A stretch of DNA of 64,000 nucleotides from NCBI GenBank assembly GCA_963693365.1, contig CAVNZM010000012.1, forward strand, positions 3,893,909 to 3,957,908, read 5' to 3'. The position numbers and the translations under genes were made by a program. The DNA comes from Amoebidium appalachense. Its lineage: Eukaryota; Protista; Ichthyosporea. This document shows, one piece after another, positions 21,378 through 58,146 of the stretch; the first letter of the stretch is position 1, and every line of letters begins with the position of its first letter. Below the pieces are notes generated by a model. That model had not been told where the DNA came from. It saw only the letters and a list, made by a program, of their open reading frames with translations, and did no database searches.

Positions 21378-21635
21378 ATGGATCAACCACTGCGCAGCGA
21401 AAGTTCCCGAGGAGCCACAAGGCTGTGGAGAAAGGAACTCCGGGCGTCGTTTTTCCTCTTCCTCTTCATGTTCAAGCTCCTGTTTGCGGTGTTTGGCAAC
21501 TTGCTTTCCACCTGGTGCCACCAAGCCGAGACTGCGCTATTACGTGGTATCGAGTTTCCATCCTGCACGGCTGGCAAATCCCTGGGTGGTGAAAGGTTGC
21601 CTCCTCCGTCAGCAAAGACACCAGAGGATGCTTGA
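21378..21635 (+). CDS. Hypothetical small protein (85 aa) with one hydrophobic segment
   Basis: ATG in ACCATGG context; FFLFLFMFKLLFAVFGNLL hydrophobic stretch; downstream of a TATA-like element. An overlapping alternative ORF (21328-21678) exists. Confidence 0.25.
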   Translation: MDQPLRSESSRGATRLWRKELRASFFLFLFMFKLLFAVFGNLLSTWCHQAETALLRGIEFPSCTAGKSLGGERLPPPSAKTPEDA

Positions 21636-24430
21636 TTGCTTGCTTCCACCAGCCATATTGACCGTGTTGCGCATCTGATTTATCTTGGTTTATCTCGGCA
21701 TGTTAATGCCTTACCTTGTGGATATCATAGGCGGTTTTAGTATCTGTTGCGCTGCACCCCTTGATGATTGCTAGAAATGTTTTTCTTTTTTTGTGGCCCA
21801 GCGTGCTGGACACGCTGTCTACTTTTCTTGAAAGTTGGCACTCACTGAGTTTGCCAACGGTGTCTGGCGACCTGCTGTTTCCAAAGCTGGCGAATGAAAA
21901 CGGCCGGTGTGTACATAGAACTAGTGTGTAAACGAAACGATGAAGTCGGTTGCCTACATCTGCAAGCCTGAAGACCCGTACTGTTAGAAACACGAAAGTA
22001 CATGGCAGCTGGGTTCATATTGCTAGCACTGCTATTTCCTCATTGTATATATTCCTGTCGACTCTGAAGTGTACACTTTGCATTTGAAACGATGTCTGTT
22101 TTTAACCGACAGTAAAAGCTCTGCTGACTGATACCGCGAGACGTCTGTAGTTTAATGACCGTTTTGATCTTGTTCGTGTTGCGGGGATGTGTACATCCAG
22201 GCTGGCTCCCCTCCAGACCCATTAAATAACTGGCGCTTCCGTACATAGTCACTAAGAACCTGTTGACCGTACGGCTTATCTCCGGTGGCTACCATGATAT
22301 TCATTTTCATTCAAGCCACTCTCTTTACTTCGTGTTGTGCAGCAAAGAATTGATATGTCTCTTTGGCGAGACTCTACATAACCTGACATAAGCACGCACA
22401 CATGCCTTCCCTCGCTCCGGCAGTGTGCACCCGGCACTGGCCGAGTGGTAGTGTTAGCCGGGTAGTGTTTCGAGAGTCACTGATTAAAAAAAAAGTTCAC
22501 TATAAGCCGATGAAACAGTTTCGTGCCTTTCTTTTCACCAGATACATATGCACAGCGGCTTAATGGCGCACTCGAGCTCCGAATCTTTTTACCATGATGC
22601 TTGCCATGAATCAAAGTTGATGTATACGAACGAGTTCTTATTTGTAACACGTACGGAAATACGGGACGTCCATCTCACGTACGTTTGCCTTTAAGAAACA
22701 CACGCACATACCCGCACGCCGATGTTACGAGGCTCATCCTGATCATGACGACTGCAAGACAGAGAAGCGCGCGCTCAAACACGAACAGCAGGCACCGCGA
22801 TGTGCACAATGTCACACACACACACACACACACACACAAGAGTGCCACACACTCGCACGCACATCCGCCCGACAGCCGTGGCATACTATGCCGTGACGTT
22901 TATGCATACAACCAGGCACACCCTTCGTGCCATGCAACATGCAGTGACCAGGTACACTTGTACTTCCCTTATATTGGAATTGACCTTGGCAACACTTACA
23001 ATGAAAGGCCATCAATACATAGTGACCTTTCTGAAATTCATGAGGGTTGCATTGTTTATATTAGCGCAGAAACCGATGTACGTACAGCACATGTATGTGT
23101 ATACACGTGACGATGTGGCCTCAATCTTCGCAGCATTGGCCAAGCCTGAGAACGCTTCAGTCGACCTCTCAGACCTTGCTGCATATCCTGAGCCAACAAC
23201 GATGTGGTTTCTGTCTTTCACTCAATATTCAACCTAACAACGCCGGCGTGTTCCTAAAATGTGCTCATAATTATAATAGCTTTTACACCATAACGATACA
23301 TACCAGTACTGCAGCCAACGGACTGCCTGGCAGTGCCTGCCCACTGCCCACCCCATCTCTCCTCCCATTGGGTGGTGCGCGCCTCCTCGTAATCTGGCAC
23401 CTCTCCACTCACCTCTCCAACTTCCCTACTACAGCACCGAAGGTTAGAATCCCTCAAATTCACATTGTCAAAACTGGAAGTTAATGGCCGTAAACTCTCT
23501 CGCATACGAACACGACTCTAACGGGGCGTGGCTCGGGTGTAAACAAGCCGCTGTAGATTACAGTAGATACCCAGTTGAAAATGGAGAGGGCGCATCAGTC
23601 CGTGAGCCGTGGCTGTAGTTCATTGGACAAACTCGCACCACTATCTAAATATGGATATATTTGCTGTAATACGATTGGTGTTAATAGACATCATAGTAGT
23701 CTTTACCACAAGAACTTTGAAAATGACGTAATAAGAGTAGCCCTGACATGCACGATTGCTTTCTTTTTTGAGTGTACATAAAAAAAACTGTATACAGACT
23801 AGTGGGCCTCTATCCATAGCGGCGGAAAGACCAGTCTTTTTGAGTTCGTGCTGGCAACCTATGGCAAGTTCGTGCTGGCAACCCATACCTGTATAGTGCC
23901 GCGTAGCCTTTACATAAAGTTTTTGACAGTCAAGAATAAAACCTGCATGGTTTGAGGCGAAGATTTCCAAAAACACAGATCTGGTTAGCTCAGTAACGAA
24001 AAGTGCCATGCAATGTTAAAAAGTTGTTTCTTTCGTGCTTGGCAACAAGGTGCACTCAAGGGGAAGAACACAGCCTTTGGCGCAACCACCTGTGTGAGGC
24101 ACAAGAGACTGAAATTTCTATCGTTTTACTTACGATGCAATGCTTCTTGATATTTTCATAAGCTTCAGATCGCTGGCACATCTCTCGTGTTCTAAAGCTG
24201 TATACCTTTTACCGATCATGATAGTTATTCAAATCTAAGGGTGAACATGGCCTCTGGAAACCATCTTGGTTGTTACAAGGTAGGAAAAGTTAGCAAGAGT
24301 TGCAAAACCTTTTTTACTGGAGATCTGGAACTTGCATTGTGTCTTGGTTGAATTGTTTATCGCACCAAAGGCTGTTTGTTGGCACAGCGGGTTTTTGTTG
24401 TGTGAAATAAATATCAAACCAGATCATTTA

Positions 24431-47169
<22,739 letters not shown>

Positions 47170-47380
47170 GCCCCCCCCCCCCCCCCCCTCCCCCCTTCCC
47201 CCTCCCCCTTACCCCCCCTCTTGCCCCCCCCCCCCCCCCCCTCCCCCCTTCCCCCTCCCCCTTACCCCCCTCTTGCCCCACCCCCACTCTCCCGTCCTCC
47301 CCCCTCGTCCTCACCCCACCCCATCCCACATACACGCGCACGCGCGCGGGCCCACAGACACACACACACACAGGCGCGCG

Positions 47381-47435
<55 letters not shown>

Positions 47436-47707
47436 ACGCATACGCACACGCACACGCACACGCACACGCACACGCACACGCACACACACACACAAGCACA
47501 CAACCAGTACCACCATAATTCCCCCCCCCTCCCCCCCCTCCCCATCCCCCACCAACCAAGCCCATTCTCCCACCCACACACTCATACACCTCCAATTCTT
47601 TTTGAACGCCACACCTGTTCCTGTCTCAAATTTTCGTAAACTCCCCCCCCCCCCCCCACAAACACAAACACACACACATACACACTTACCCCCCCCCCCC
47701 CCCCCAA

Positions 47708-47738
<31 letters not shown>

Positions 47739-47768
47739 CACATACACATACACACACGCCCGCGCGTG

Positions 47769-47848
<80 letters not shown>

Positions 47849-48517
47849 ATGTCTTTTTTTGTGCTATAGTTGCATGTCTGGCACATGTGCAGGGATGGGG
47901 GCACACACGTTGACGCACACATCAATAGATTATGTCGCTATCATCACTCAATTGTGTTTTTTTTTTTCGTTTTTTTTCTTTTTTTTTTTCTTTTTTTTTT
48001 TGAGCCCTTAGTCTTTTGGTGGTCTTGTCATTTGTTGAGTTCTTTGGTCCTTCCTTCATTGAGCATTCTTTGTTTCTCCCCTTCGGTTTCTTCTTTGCCA
48101 CCTCATTTTTTTTCTTTTCTTTTTTTTTGCTTTTGTTAATCCTTTCCCCCTTCTTTTTTTTTTTTTTTTTTTTTTTGGGGGGGGGGGGGGGGGAGGGGGA
48201 GGGGGGGGGGGGGGGGGGGGCACCGGGCAGGCCTGTGGTTACGATGTATTTCGTTGGAAGGTACCGCGGTTTATAAACAGAAGATGGTTTAACATGTCAG
48301 CAAACACCTTATATTCCCACATGTAATAGCCATACAAATTGGTTTAATCTTGGTTATGAAACAGCGCATTATTTTGAACACTTGGTGTTTTTATCCTATG
48401 GTGTATGTGGTAGTAACGTCAAAACTTTGTTCGAATGACAGTTTTGTAAGTAACTATTTCGGTCTGGTGCTAAGGTAGACTCTCGACTGTGTCTCTTTCT
48501 GTTCTTTTTTTTCTTTC

Positions 48518-48590
<73 letters not shown>

Positions 48591-49236
48591 AGGGTGCTTT
48601 TCGAACGAACGTGATTGTTTAGGTTAGAGAAACGATGTATCTCGATATCCGGTCGCATGTGTTCTTTAGGAACAATACAGAGTTTGTCGATAGTAGGTAT
48701 GTTTTGATCATTGAATACGTATTGTTATGCGAACATGGATGGATGTAGTCACTTTGGTACCAGCATATATGAAAGTATATCAACTGAATGGTACTGTATG
48801 AGATTATGGAGGAATTTTGTGATGTTCGAGGAGAAACAAGTATTCTTGCCCGACCAATTAATCGTTTCTGCCGAGTAAGCGCATTTTTTTTCTTTTATTG
48901 TGTGTACGGTATAGCAACGAGGGACCAGGAAAAAAAATTCACGTGTTGAATGATGTATAAATTAACCACCTGAGTTACTATGTATTCCATATTTTGTACC
49001 GTTGGAGCTGATATGCAGTAAAATCTGATACAACATGTGATATGTACAGTATAAACACTGATATTGTTGTGCCATATGTTGAAAATTGGCACGCTACCAT
49101 TTATACACACGCGTGGACTCCCACCACTCACCAACCGCCACCTCAAAAAAACAGAATAGTACTGTAGTGGCGAGTCTTATTGCCTCTCGTATTGTTACCC
49201 AGACACGTTCAGATACTGGCAGACGTGAGCATCTTT

Positions 49237-50036
49237 TCACGGGTGTGATATAGGCTTGATCTCAGCGCATCTTAGACTATCATAATGGTGGGTATGGTCC
49301 ACGTAACCCTGGGGAGGAGGGAGCCTCCCCCCCCCCTCCCCCCCCCCCTCCCCCCCCCCCCCCTCGCCTTCCCTCCCCGGGGGGTTTACAAACGCACCCC
49401 CCCCCCCCCCCCCCCCCCCCCCTCCCCGCCCCGGCCCCGGCCCCCTCCTGACACACATAAATTGCCAACATGTGCTCGTGCCTGATCATGATTGAACCCA
49501 CCGGTTCTAGGACGGATTTGCCAACGAAAAGAGGCAGTGTAGCCATTCGAAAGACACGCGCAAGTTGAATGGTAAAACGAAACTATATGCCGAGTACATC
49601 CGTCGGGATCCGGGGCCAGAACATCCCGGAGGAGGAGTGAGGGGGGGTTTGGATGCGCACGGGGGGGGGGGAGGGGGGGAGGGGGGATAGACCACACATC
49701 GGTAGATTTGCGGCTCCATGTCATCGGCGAACACATGTCGTGGTGTGGGATTACCAAGGTTTTTTTTTTTTTTTTTTGATGTGTGTGTGCGTGTGTGTGC
49801 CAGGGGTTGGGGGAGACCCGGGTTGGGTTAACGTTGAGGGGGGGGGAGGGGGGGGAGGGGGGGGGGGGGGGGGGGGGGAGGGGGGGGAGGGGAGGGAGGG
49901 AGGGGGTGGAAGTGGGGGGGGGGGTGGAAGGGTTGACCATGTGACTCCGGGTGCCAGGCTGTGACTTCATGTCTCTCATGTTATCGGCGAACACACGTGT
50001 TGCGGTGTAGAATTGCCTGAAAAGTTTGATTTTCAT
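49237..50036 (-). pseudogene. Possible 3-exon gene or relic resembling the C-terminal half of an OTU protease
   Basis: Phase-0 chain ...VFADNMRDMKSQPGTRSHM|FRFTIQLARVFR...HMLAIY|GYVDHTHHYDSLR..*. No catalytic DGNC motif found. Confidence 0.25.
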
Positions 50037-50932
50037 TCATCACAATCTTAACACTGATCGTGAGGCTCCCATACCACCAGGGCAGGAGCTAAGTGCGTTC
50101 GTTCGGAGTTGGCACATCTACTTTATACACGTAAACACTGCAATATCTCGAGAATATCCACTGCTCTAGTAAACAAAGTTTTTTCGAGAACGTCTATTGC
50201 AGTACATAAAAATGTATATAAACTGTCTTGTGTGTGTGCGTGCATGTAATGGACCAGTTTCAGCCGGACCAATATTACGTTTGGGGTCACGAAAAAGAAT
50301 CTTTACAGGTTTAGGGTGGTCACGGTATATCCAACGGCATATCCAACGGTAATAATAATTCATCAATAATGGTAAAAATATATATAATCCATGTTATCCG
50401 CAATTTGTCATTCGCTCAAATTCCAACGTGACGGCCTTAACTTTATAAAGCTTACAGTATGCATAGTACCTGACGCACACCAGAATCGATCCATTCACCC
50501 AGACATACATGCATATAGAACACATACTTTGCATTCCATAACAGCAACAACAAAGAAAAGCACACACATTCAACCTCGTATTACATTTTGCTGCATGTTC
50601 AAGTATTCAGGTAAAGTTATTGATTCGTGCAGCATTGAAACTTCTTTTAGTTTTTTTTCAGTTGGTCTTGTGACTGATGTTTCTCACACGAAAAATTGAA
50701 TACGAGGGCATAAGTGGAAAACTGCTAAAAAAAACGTGAGGGAAAGGTTGAACTTCAGAAACAGATTCACAAACTCAATGTTAAAAATCCGTGGATGTGT
50801 GTTCGACATATATCCAGAAACAGTTTAAATATAAAAAGGGATCGTCACTCGGGTAGAAACAGTCGCTCGAGGAAAACTTTCAAATATCCGACGTCGAAGA
50901 TAAAAATCCCTTTGAAATTTCCGGAAAAGCGG

Positions 50933-51337
50933 TCACTCTGCTATCACCTCCTCGACCAACGACCGTTTTTTGAGCTGGTGCAGTGTTTCTCTGAACTGTG
51001 GAACTGACTCAGGCACCGTAACAACTGTCGCCATGACATTGCATTTCCATATTGGAACATGATTATTGTGCTGCTTTTTGTGATCTTCGAGCGAGTATGT
51101 GCGTCTGAGCCTGTAGCTATCTGTAAGCGCCGGTGAGGGCTGGCTGGGTAGGGATGCACTAAGTACTTCCGTTGAGCTTTCTTCCGCAATTGTACTGGGG
51201 ACGGGGATGGACTCTTCGCTGTGTCTGCGGCGTTGCGGGGTTAGATCCTTGGGGAATGATGCATCTGGCGTTCTCTCGAGGTCGTCCGAATTGAGAGATC
51301 GGCGGTCCATCTTCAGCTTGTTCCATACTCGTGACAT
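50933..51337 (-). CDS. Intronless hypothetical protein (134 aa, Ser/Pro/Arg-rich, probably disordered)
   Basis: ATG-initiated non-repetitive ORF in homopolymer-free DNA; TATTTATA on the minus strand ~180 bp upstream (~51516-51523). Confidence 0.55.
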   Translation of the reverse strand: MSRVWNKLKMDRRSLNSDDLERTPDASFPKDLTPQRRRHSEESIPVPSTIAEESSTEVLSASLPSQPSPALTDSYRLRRTYSLEDHKKQHNNHVPIWKCNVMATVVTVPESVPQFRETLHQLKKRSLVEEVIAE

Positions 51338-52688
51338 TTCTATAAGAATTGAGCTTGTGCTGTCAACACGGTGGGATTTTTAGGCGTTTGTTTCTGCTTT
51401 GTGTTGTTGGATGTTCAGAATCTGCAAAGTGTTTGGAACTCTGCCGAGGCCCTGTCCTTGGTGGCTTGTGTTCAATAAACACCGACAAACTTTCCAAGCG
51501 TAAAGGTAACTGCTGTATAAATAGCTGAATGCAGAAGGGAAAGGGTAGCTTTCAAGTGTTTAAGGTATTCTCGTGTATTGTTGTTAGCGGGTGCACTGTG
51601 GACAAGAATGAAAAACTATTGAGATTTCCATGTGTCGAGCTCATGTTTAGATTTGCAACAAGGCATGGGCAGAATGCGTAAATGTAGTTGCCCCCACCCG
51701 TGGTACAAACACAGACGCCACCCTCATTTACGAGTTATTGCTTAAGCGTGAAGAAAGAATGTAATATCTTTGCAATAATATAATTGTAGGTGTTTCGAAC
51801 AGAAATTAACTGTTGTGAGAAGGCCTCTTTTGACGCCACTGATGAAGGGTGGACGGTAGTGGTCAACTTGGTTTTCGGTGCTCATTTTCGCATGATCTAG
51901 GTTCATCAAAGGCGGTGATAAGGCTCATGTCATAAATTCTGAATGTTTAATATTCGAATAAAAACTATTTATTAAAACTTTTTCTGGCATTAAAACCTTG
52001 CTGATAAGCTTTTACCGTATGAAGACGAATGTTTGTCATGGAGCTGAAGCGGCGGTGTGTTTGAGCCAATACACGTATGAGAACCGGGGTAGACTTACTG
52101 AGATCGTCACACCGTGCACGTGAATATTTTGTGCATCCACCTTTTTTGCCCCTTTTTTTGTGCGTGCTCAAAGGTTTCAACAGGTGCACAAGAACATCTC
52201 AGCAAACTAATCAGCCAGATGTTCAAGTCAATCGGTAAAGACGTTCCACCCACTTCTAAACTTTGCCACACTATTGCTGTCATGACAGCAACCTTCCAGC
52301 AATTACGATCTCAATAACTTTGCGTGTTGGCCATGGTAGAGCTAAGCGGGTCTTTTTTGGGTTGTAAATTGGAGCCTGGCGTTCCGATTCCTAGCATCTC
52401 GTCTCTCATGAAGCTATTCACACATTCAACTGGTAACCAAAAAAAAAAAAAAATAAACAAAAATACTCAAATGATAAGCTTATGCGCAGTTAACGACGTT
52501 TACGCATATTCCCGTAACATTTTGTTGACAAAAATGCCGCGTTCCTAATAACTCGAAAGTTCGCTTTGTTTGAGGGCCTTTCCCAGGCTTGCGGGAGTAT
52601 AGGGAGAAAGCCTAGTGCAGTCCTAGCCAATCATTTCGCCGTAACGTGATGGCATTCGGGTTACGTAATCCTGCCAGGCGGTCCCGGC

Positions 52689-52967
52689 TAAGCCTATGTA
52701 AATCTATCCCAAAAAACTACCTAAATATCATATTGCTTTTCTCCCGATCTATCACAAAACCTACCTAAATATCATAGATCATATCCCGGAAAATCCCGAA
52801 AAATGGACCTAAATATCAAGTTCATCTATCCCTTGGGCCCCTATCTATCCCGAGAAATATCATTTTTCTCTCGCTGAAGCCCTAAATATCCGGGCTAATA
52901 TCCGGTGCTAAACTTAGCCCGGCGGGCAGGTATCCATAATATTTCGAAGACTCAGGCCTAAGTATCA

Positions 52968-53048
<81 letters not shown>

Positions 53049-53072
53049 GGGTGGGTGGGTGGGTGGGTGGGT

Positions 53073-53114
<42 letters not shown>

Positions 53115-53758
53115 ATGCATGCATGCATAAAAAGGATATGCATATGGATCATATGCACCATTACGTACGTGTGAGTCGTGACAAGTCTGCAGTGCACGTG
53201 TGGCCGGCCCCGGCCTCGATTGAGGGGCGGGGGGGGGGGGGGGGGGGGGGGGGGAGGAAGGGGGGGGGGGGGGGGGGGGGGGGGGGGAGAGGGAGGAATA
53301 ACTTGTATGCATGCATGAAAAAGAGTATGTGTGCACGAACCAGAAGGCCAAAGGCCGCTGGGGGGGGGGGGGGGGACTCAAGGCACGGGACGGTCTTGCC
53401 ACCACGTGCACAATGAAATTTTATCCTTGCTCACGTCGACTACTTATCTTCTACTACATATACATCACTTTTTATCAGCCTGACTTTGCTCTCGTTCACA
53501 ACCTTGATCTTAGCCTATTTGCTGTGATATCCCTGGCCACAAACATATACAATATATCCCTAAACCCACGGGATACCTAAATCTATCCTGAGCGCTCGAC
53601 CGGGATATATCCACCCCCTGTGGATAGATTGGAAATCCCGCCCCTCCCTAAATATCATTTGGAACTATCCCAAAACTGCCTAAATATCCGGATATATCCC
53701 ATATCCCGAGGACCCCTAAATATCCTGTGGAGATGCGGGATTTTTTTACATAGGCTTA
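52689..53758. mobile_element. Non-autonomous hAT-like DNA transposon (14-bp TIR, 8-bp TSD)
   Basis: TIRs TAAGCCTATGTAAA / TTTACATAGGCTTA; TSD GTCCCGGC at 52681-52688 and 53759-53766; several subterminal CCTAAATATC repeats at both ends; no transposase ORF. Confidence 0.85.
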
Positions 53759-54369
53759 GTCCCGGCCGGACATTCTTTTTTTCGTTTGGCTTCTGTCCCT
53801 TTTCTTTTTCAAAGTTATTATGCGGAGATATATATAAGGGTTGGTAATGACGCGCAATATATATACAAACACCCACCAAACCAGCATAATAAATCGCATG
53901 TCCTTAGTGCAGGCACCCTTATCGAGCCAAGCAACTGACATCACCATAACACAACACACCAAGCCCATAGGCATGCACAAATCCGCCTGCAAAGTTCGCG
54001 CTATCAAAATCAAAAGTGTGAAGAACAGTATGGAGTCTCAGACACGGCTCGGGCGGCGTGAAACCGTGCAACTCTAGTGCGGTTCCACTGACACAACTGT
54101 CCCCCCCCCCCCCCCCCCCCCCCCCACCTCTTCCCCCCCGCAACCCTCCCCCCTCCCCCCACCCCTCGCTCCTCCTCCCTCCCCCCCACCCCCCTTCCCC
54201 CCCCGCGACACACACACAGTTATACACCGTGCCACACACGCAGGCACACAGGTGCACACACACGCGCGCACACACACACCCACGCACATACACACAGACA
54301 CGCACACTTACACACTTTTGCGCACACACACACGCACACGCACACGAACGGGCATGCATGCGCGCACAT

Positions 54370-54460
<91 letters not shown>

Positions 54461-54553
54461 CCGGCACACACGCGCGCAAGCACATACACAAAAATGCACA
54501 CAACCGTGCACACACAGACACAAACTCGCACACATTCACACACACGCACGCAT

Positions 54554-54620
<67 letters not shown>

Positions 54621-54633
54621 GGCACGCACGCGC

Positions 54634-54721
<88 letters not shown>

Positions 54722-55897
54722 GTGCCATAAACACAACCACCACCACCACACAACCACCACCACCACCACCACCAAAAAAAAAAAAAAGAAAAAAAAACGA
54801 ACCTCATAAAAAGAAAAGAAAAGAAAAGAAAGGAAAACGTGAGATAAGAAAGCAGGATGACACCTCGAGTAAACGACTTGGAATCATATGTAAACGTTCC
54901 TAAACACAGAGGGGTGACGAAGTTTCCTGCTGGCCTCTCCGGAGTAAAAAATGCAACCTCTCCTGCGCAGCATGGCTTTATCGGTTGAAAATTTAATTTC
55001 ACTTCATCACCGATGGTGGCATTTACGGCACCTAATTACGCTGGCCGAGCAATTCACAATGGTAATTCCACCCTAAATTTCTCGAAACCACCAAGGCACT
55101 CTGGCTGGAGTAATTCACGACATAAATGTCGCAAGGAATGTCATCGGAGGGATGCTCGGTGTATTTGCTAGCGGAATTCATGGCGCAAATTGCCCTGACC
55201 CCGGGCCCCGACCTTCCCCCCCCCCTTCCCCCCTAACCCACCCTCTCCTTCCACTCCCCTCCCCCCCACCTCCCTCCCCTCCCACCCTCTCTCTCCCCCC
55301 CCCTCCCCCCCCCCTCCACCCCCCCACCTCTCCTCCTCCCCCCCCCCCTCCTTTCCCCACCCTCACCCACCCACCCCCCCTTTCTCCATGTCTCCCTTTC
55401 CTCTTCATCCCCACTCCCCTCCTCACCCACCCCTTTCAAGTCTGGCCTAAGTATGAGAGTAAATTAACACAGACACATGAATATTGACATTGCACGAAGC
55501 GTAAACTTTAATGTGTCAGTCGGTTATAGCGCATGTCCGGATGAGATGGCAGCACACACTGTTGATAAAACGTCATATCGAACAGTCTTGGGTAAGTCTA
55601 CACATGCATTCTGTATTATTCTGTATTAATCAGACTAAGTCTTGTAGGTGTTGTCCAAAGTTCCTGCTCGTAAAACGTAAAGCCCTGAATCTAGCATGCT
55701 ACTTGGCATGGTGTTTTAAGGCAGGAGAAATACGAAGCCGAATAGCAAATAAAGGGTATCTAAACTGTGGTAGCATATGCCAACAACACACAAGGAGAGA
55801 GGGGGCGGGGGGAGGGGGGGGGGGGGGGGGGGGGGGGGAAGGGGGGGAGGGGAGGGGAGGGAGGGGCGGACGGGGAGGGGAGGGAGGGAGGAGAGGT

Positions 55898-55933
<36 letters not shown>

Positions 55934-56525
55934 TGGGAAAGGGAGCTTCGGGGAAGGGATAAAAAAAAAAAAAAGAAAAAAAAAAAAACGTATACAGTGA
56001 TATAATTTCCAGAGCCGGTGCCAGAACAGTGCCAAGATACCTTGCTCCTTTACCACCAAGGCTGTTCAGGCATCGCCACGATCATGCTTCTGCTGCTCGG
56101 CATTCATGAACATCTTCGTCACTCCTCGTCTATGACCTCGCCCGTGCAGAGGATATGCACACAGTCGTCGTGCATGCTGACCCGTGGCTTCTTGCTCTGC
56201 TCAAATATCTGACACAACTTCGGGCCGTCTATGCCATTTTGTGGTCCCTGACTTGCCGCTCTTGTTCTCCCGGCTGCCCGCTAGCCCTCTTCGTCGTCAG
56301 GACACGGCGGAACCCGTATGCGGCCGGCTGCCACGGACACTTTCCGTGACAATAGCAGCGCCTTGTCCGTATCCTCCTCCTTGTAGATGGCCAGCTCTAT
56401 CGCAGCCTTCCAAACGCTATGGCCACGGTGCTGCGTCAGAACAAGAGTGGGGGCAAGGGAAAAGGAAATGGGTTTGAGTGTGGGTGTGTGGTGGAGTGGG
56501 TGGGTGAGAGTCGTAGGTGGTGTTT

Positions 56526-56557
<32 letters not shown>

Positions 56558-57284
56558 GGGGGAGGGAGGGGGGGGGGGGGGGGGCGGGGCTGAAAAACCA
56601 ACAGCACAATATGAGACTGAGACAGAGTAGTGCAAGGGATGGGCAGTTGTGGGTATAGACCTGTGCTTATGTGCCTACGGTGTCTTTGTGAGAGGTAGAG
56701 AGCAGGTTGGCCACCCAGTGAGTGAGAAAAGAAAAACGAATGTGTGTGTGTGTAGTGTGTGTGTGTCAGTGATGTTGGGGGAGGTTTGGATGTGTGTGTG
56801 TGTTGGGGGGGGGGGGGGGGGGGGGGGGGGGTTGATCCAAACTGCGGTACAAGAGTAACTATATATGCATGCGACACTGGCTGTTGCAGAACGTAATTCT
56901 ACGTGTTTATATGCTGTTCTGTAGCTCGCCATACAACGGATGTAATAGAGGAAACTGTTGCTGTGATCGGCATTGCCAATTACACCTGGCTGGTATAATC
57001 GCTGGAGGCATTTTCGCCGGCCCCACTGTGACAATGAAAGCAGGCATTCACGGTGTCATTTGTGCACACATGTCTCCTAGGGGAAAAAGTAGGCTGTGTG
57101 AATTGCACATCTATGCCAAGGAGAGGATAAAAGTATGGTGATGGTGACGCAACAATCTTTTCTCCGGGAGTAATCGACGCTCCCAGTTTCTAACGGTCCT
57201 TTACCTGGCCAAATAGTGACCCCTAAGCACGCGCGCACACACACACTGCGAGCAGGCACAAAAACACCCAACTACGCACACACA

Positions 57285-57490
<206 letters not shown>

Positions 57491-58111
57491 CACTTGAGCA
57501 CGCACACGCACACTCACGCCCACACGCCCCACACCCACGCACACACCCACGCACACACCCACGCACGCATACACGCACTCCCGCCCGCACGCACGCACAC
57601 ACGAACGCCCGCCCGCGCACCCGCACTCACACACGAACGCACGCACGCACGCACGCACGCACGCAAGCATGCACACACGCAAAAACACGTACGTGCCCGC
57701 ATGCATGCATGCGCGCACACACACACGGCGGCAAGTGCACACACAACCACGCACGCACATAGACCCAAGTGCACAAACACACACGCGAGCATACACATGG
57801 CCCATACCTATCTCATGTTTCCCTCCCTTTCACTCGCCCACCCCAACCTGTGTCACAATGAACGGTTCTGATTGCTCTTTGGCCCGAGGAATTACAAATA
57901 ATCCCTCCATTCATGTGCCTCCAATCACCCACATGTCCTTCGCAGGCAATCACAAGCAACCATAGCACTAATTTATTACTGGCACCAGTAAATCATCAGT
58001 ATGTAATTTCCCCCCCGACAAACAGCTCCCCCTCCATTCCCCCCTCCCCCCCCCTCCCCCCCCCCCCTCCCCTCCGCGCACCCCTCCCCCCTCCCCCCCC
58101 CCAGCCCTGCC

Positions 58112-58146
<35 letters not shown>

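Noticed and set aside
22800-23484. Protein-like ORF fragments (RDDVASIFAALAKPENAS...)
   Set aside because: No clear start or splice structure and no recognisable motif.
55008-55150. Imperfect inverted repeat or MITE remnant
   Set aside because: Too degenerate; no definable termini or TSD.
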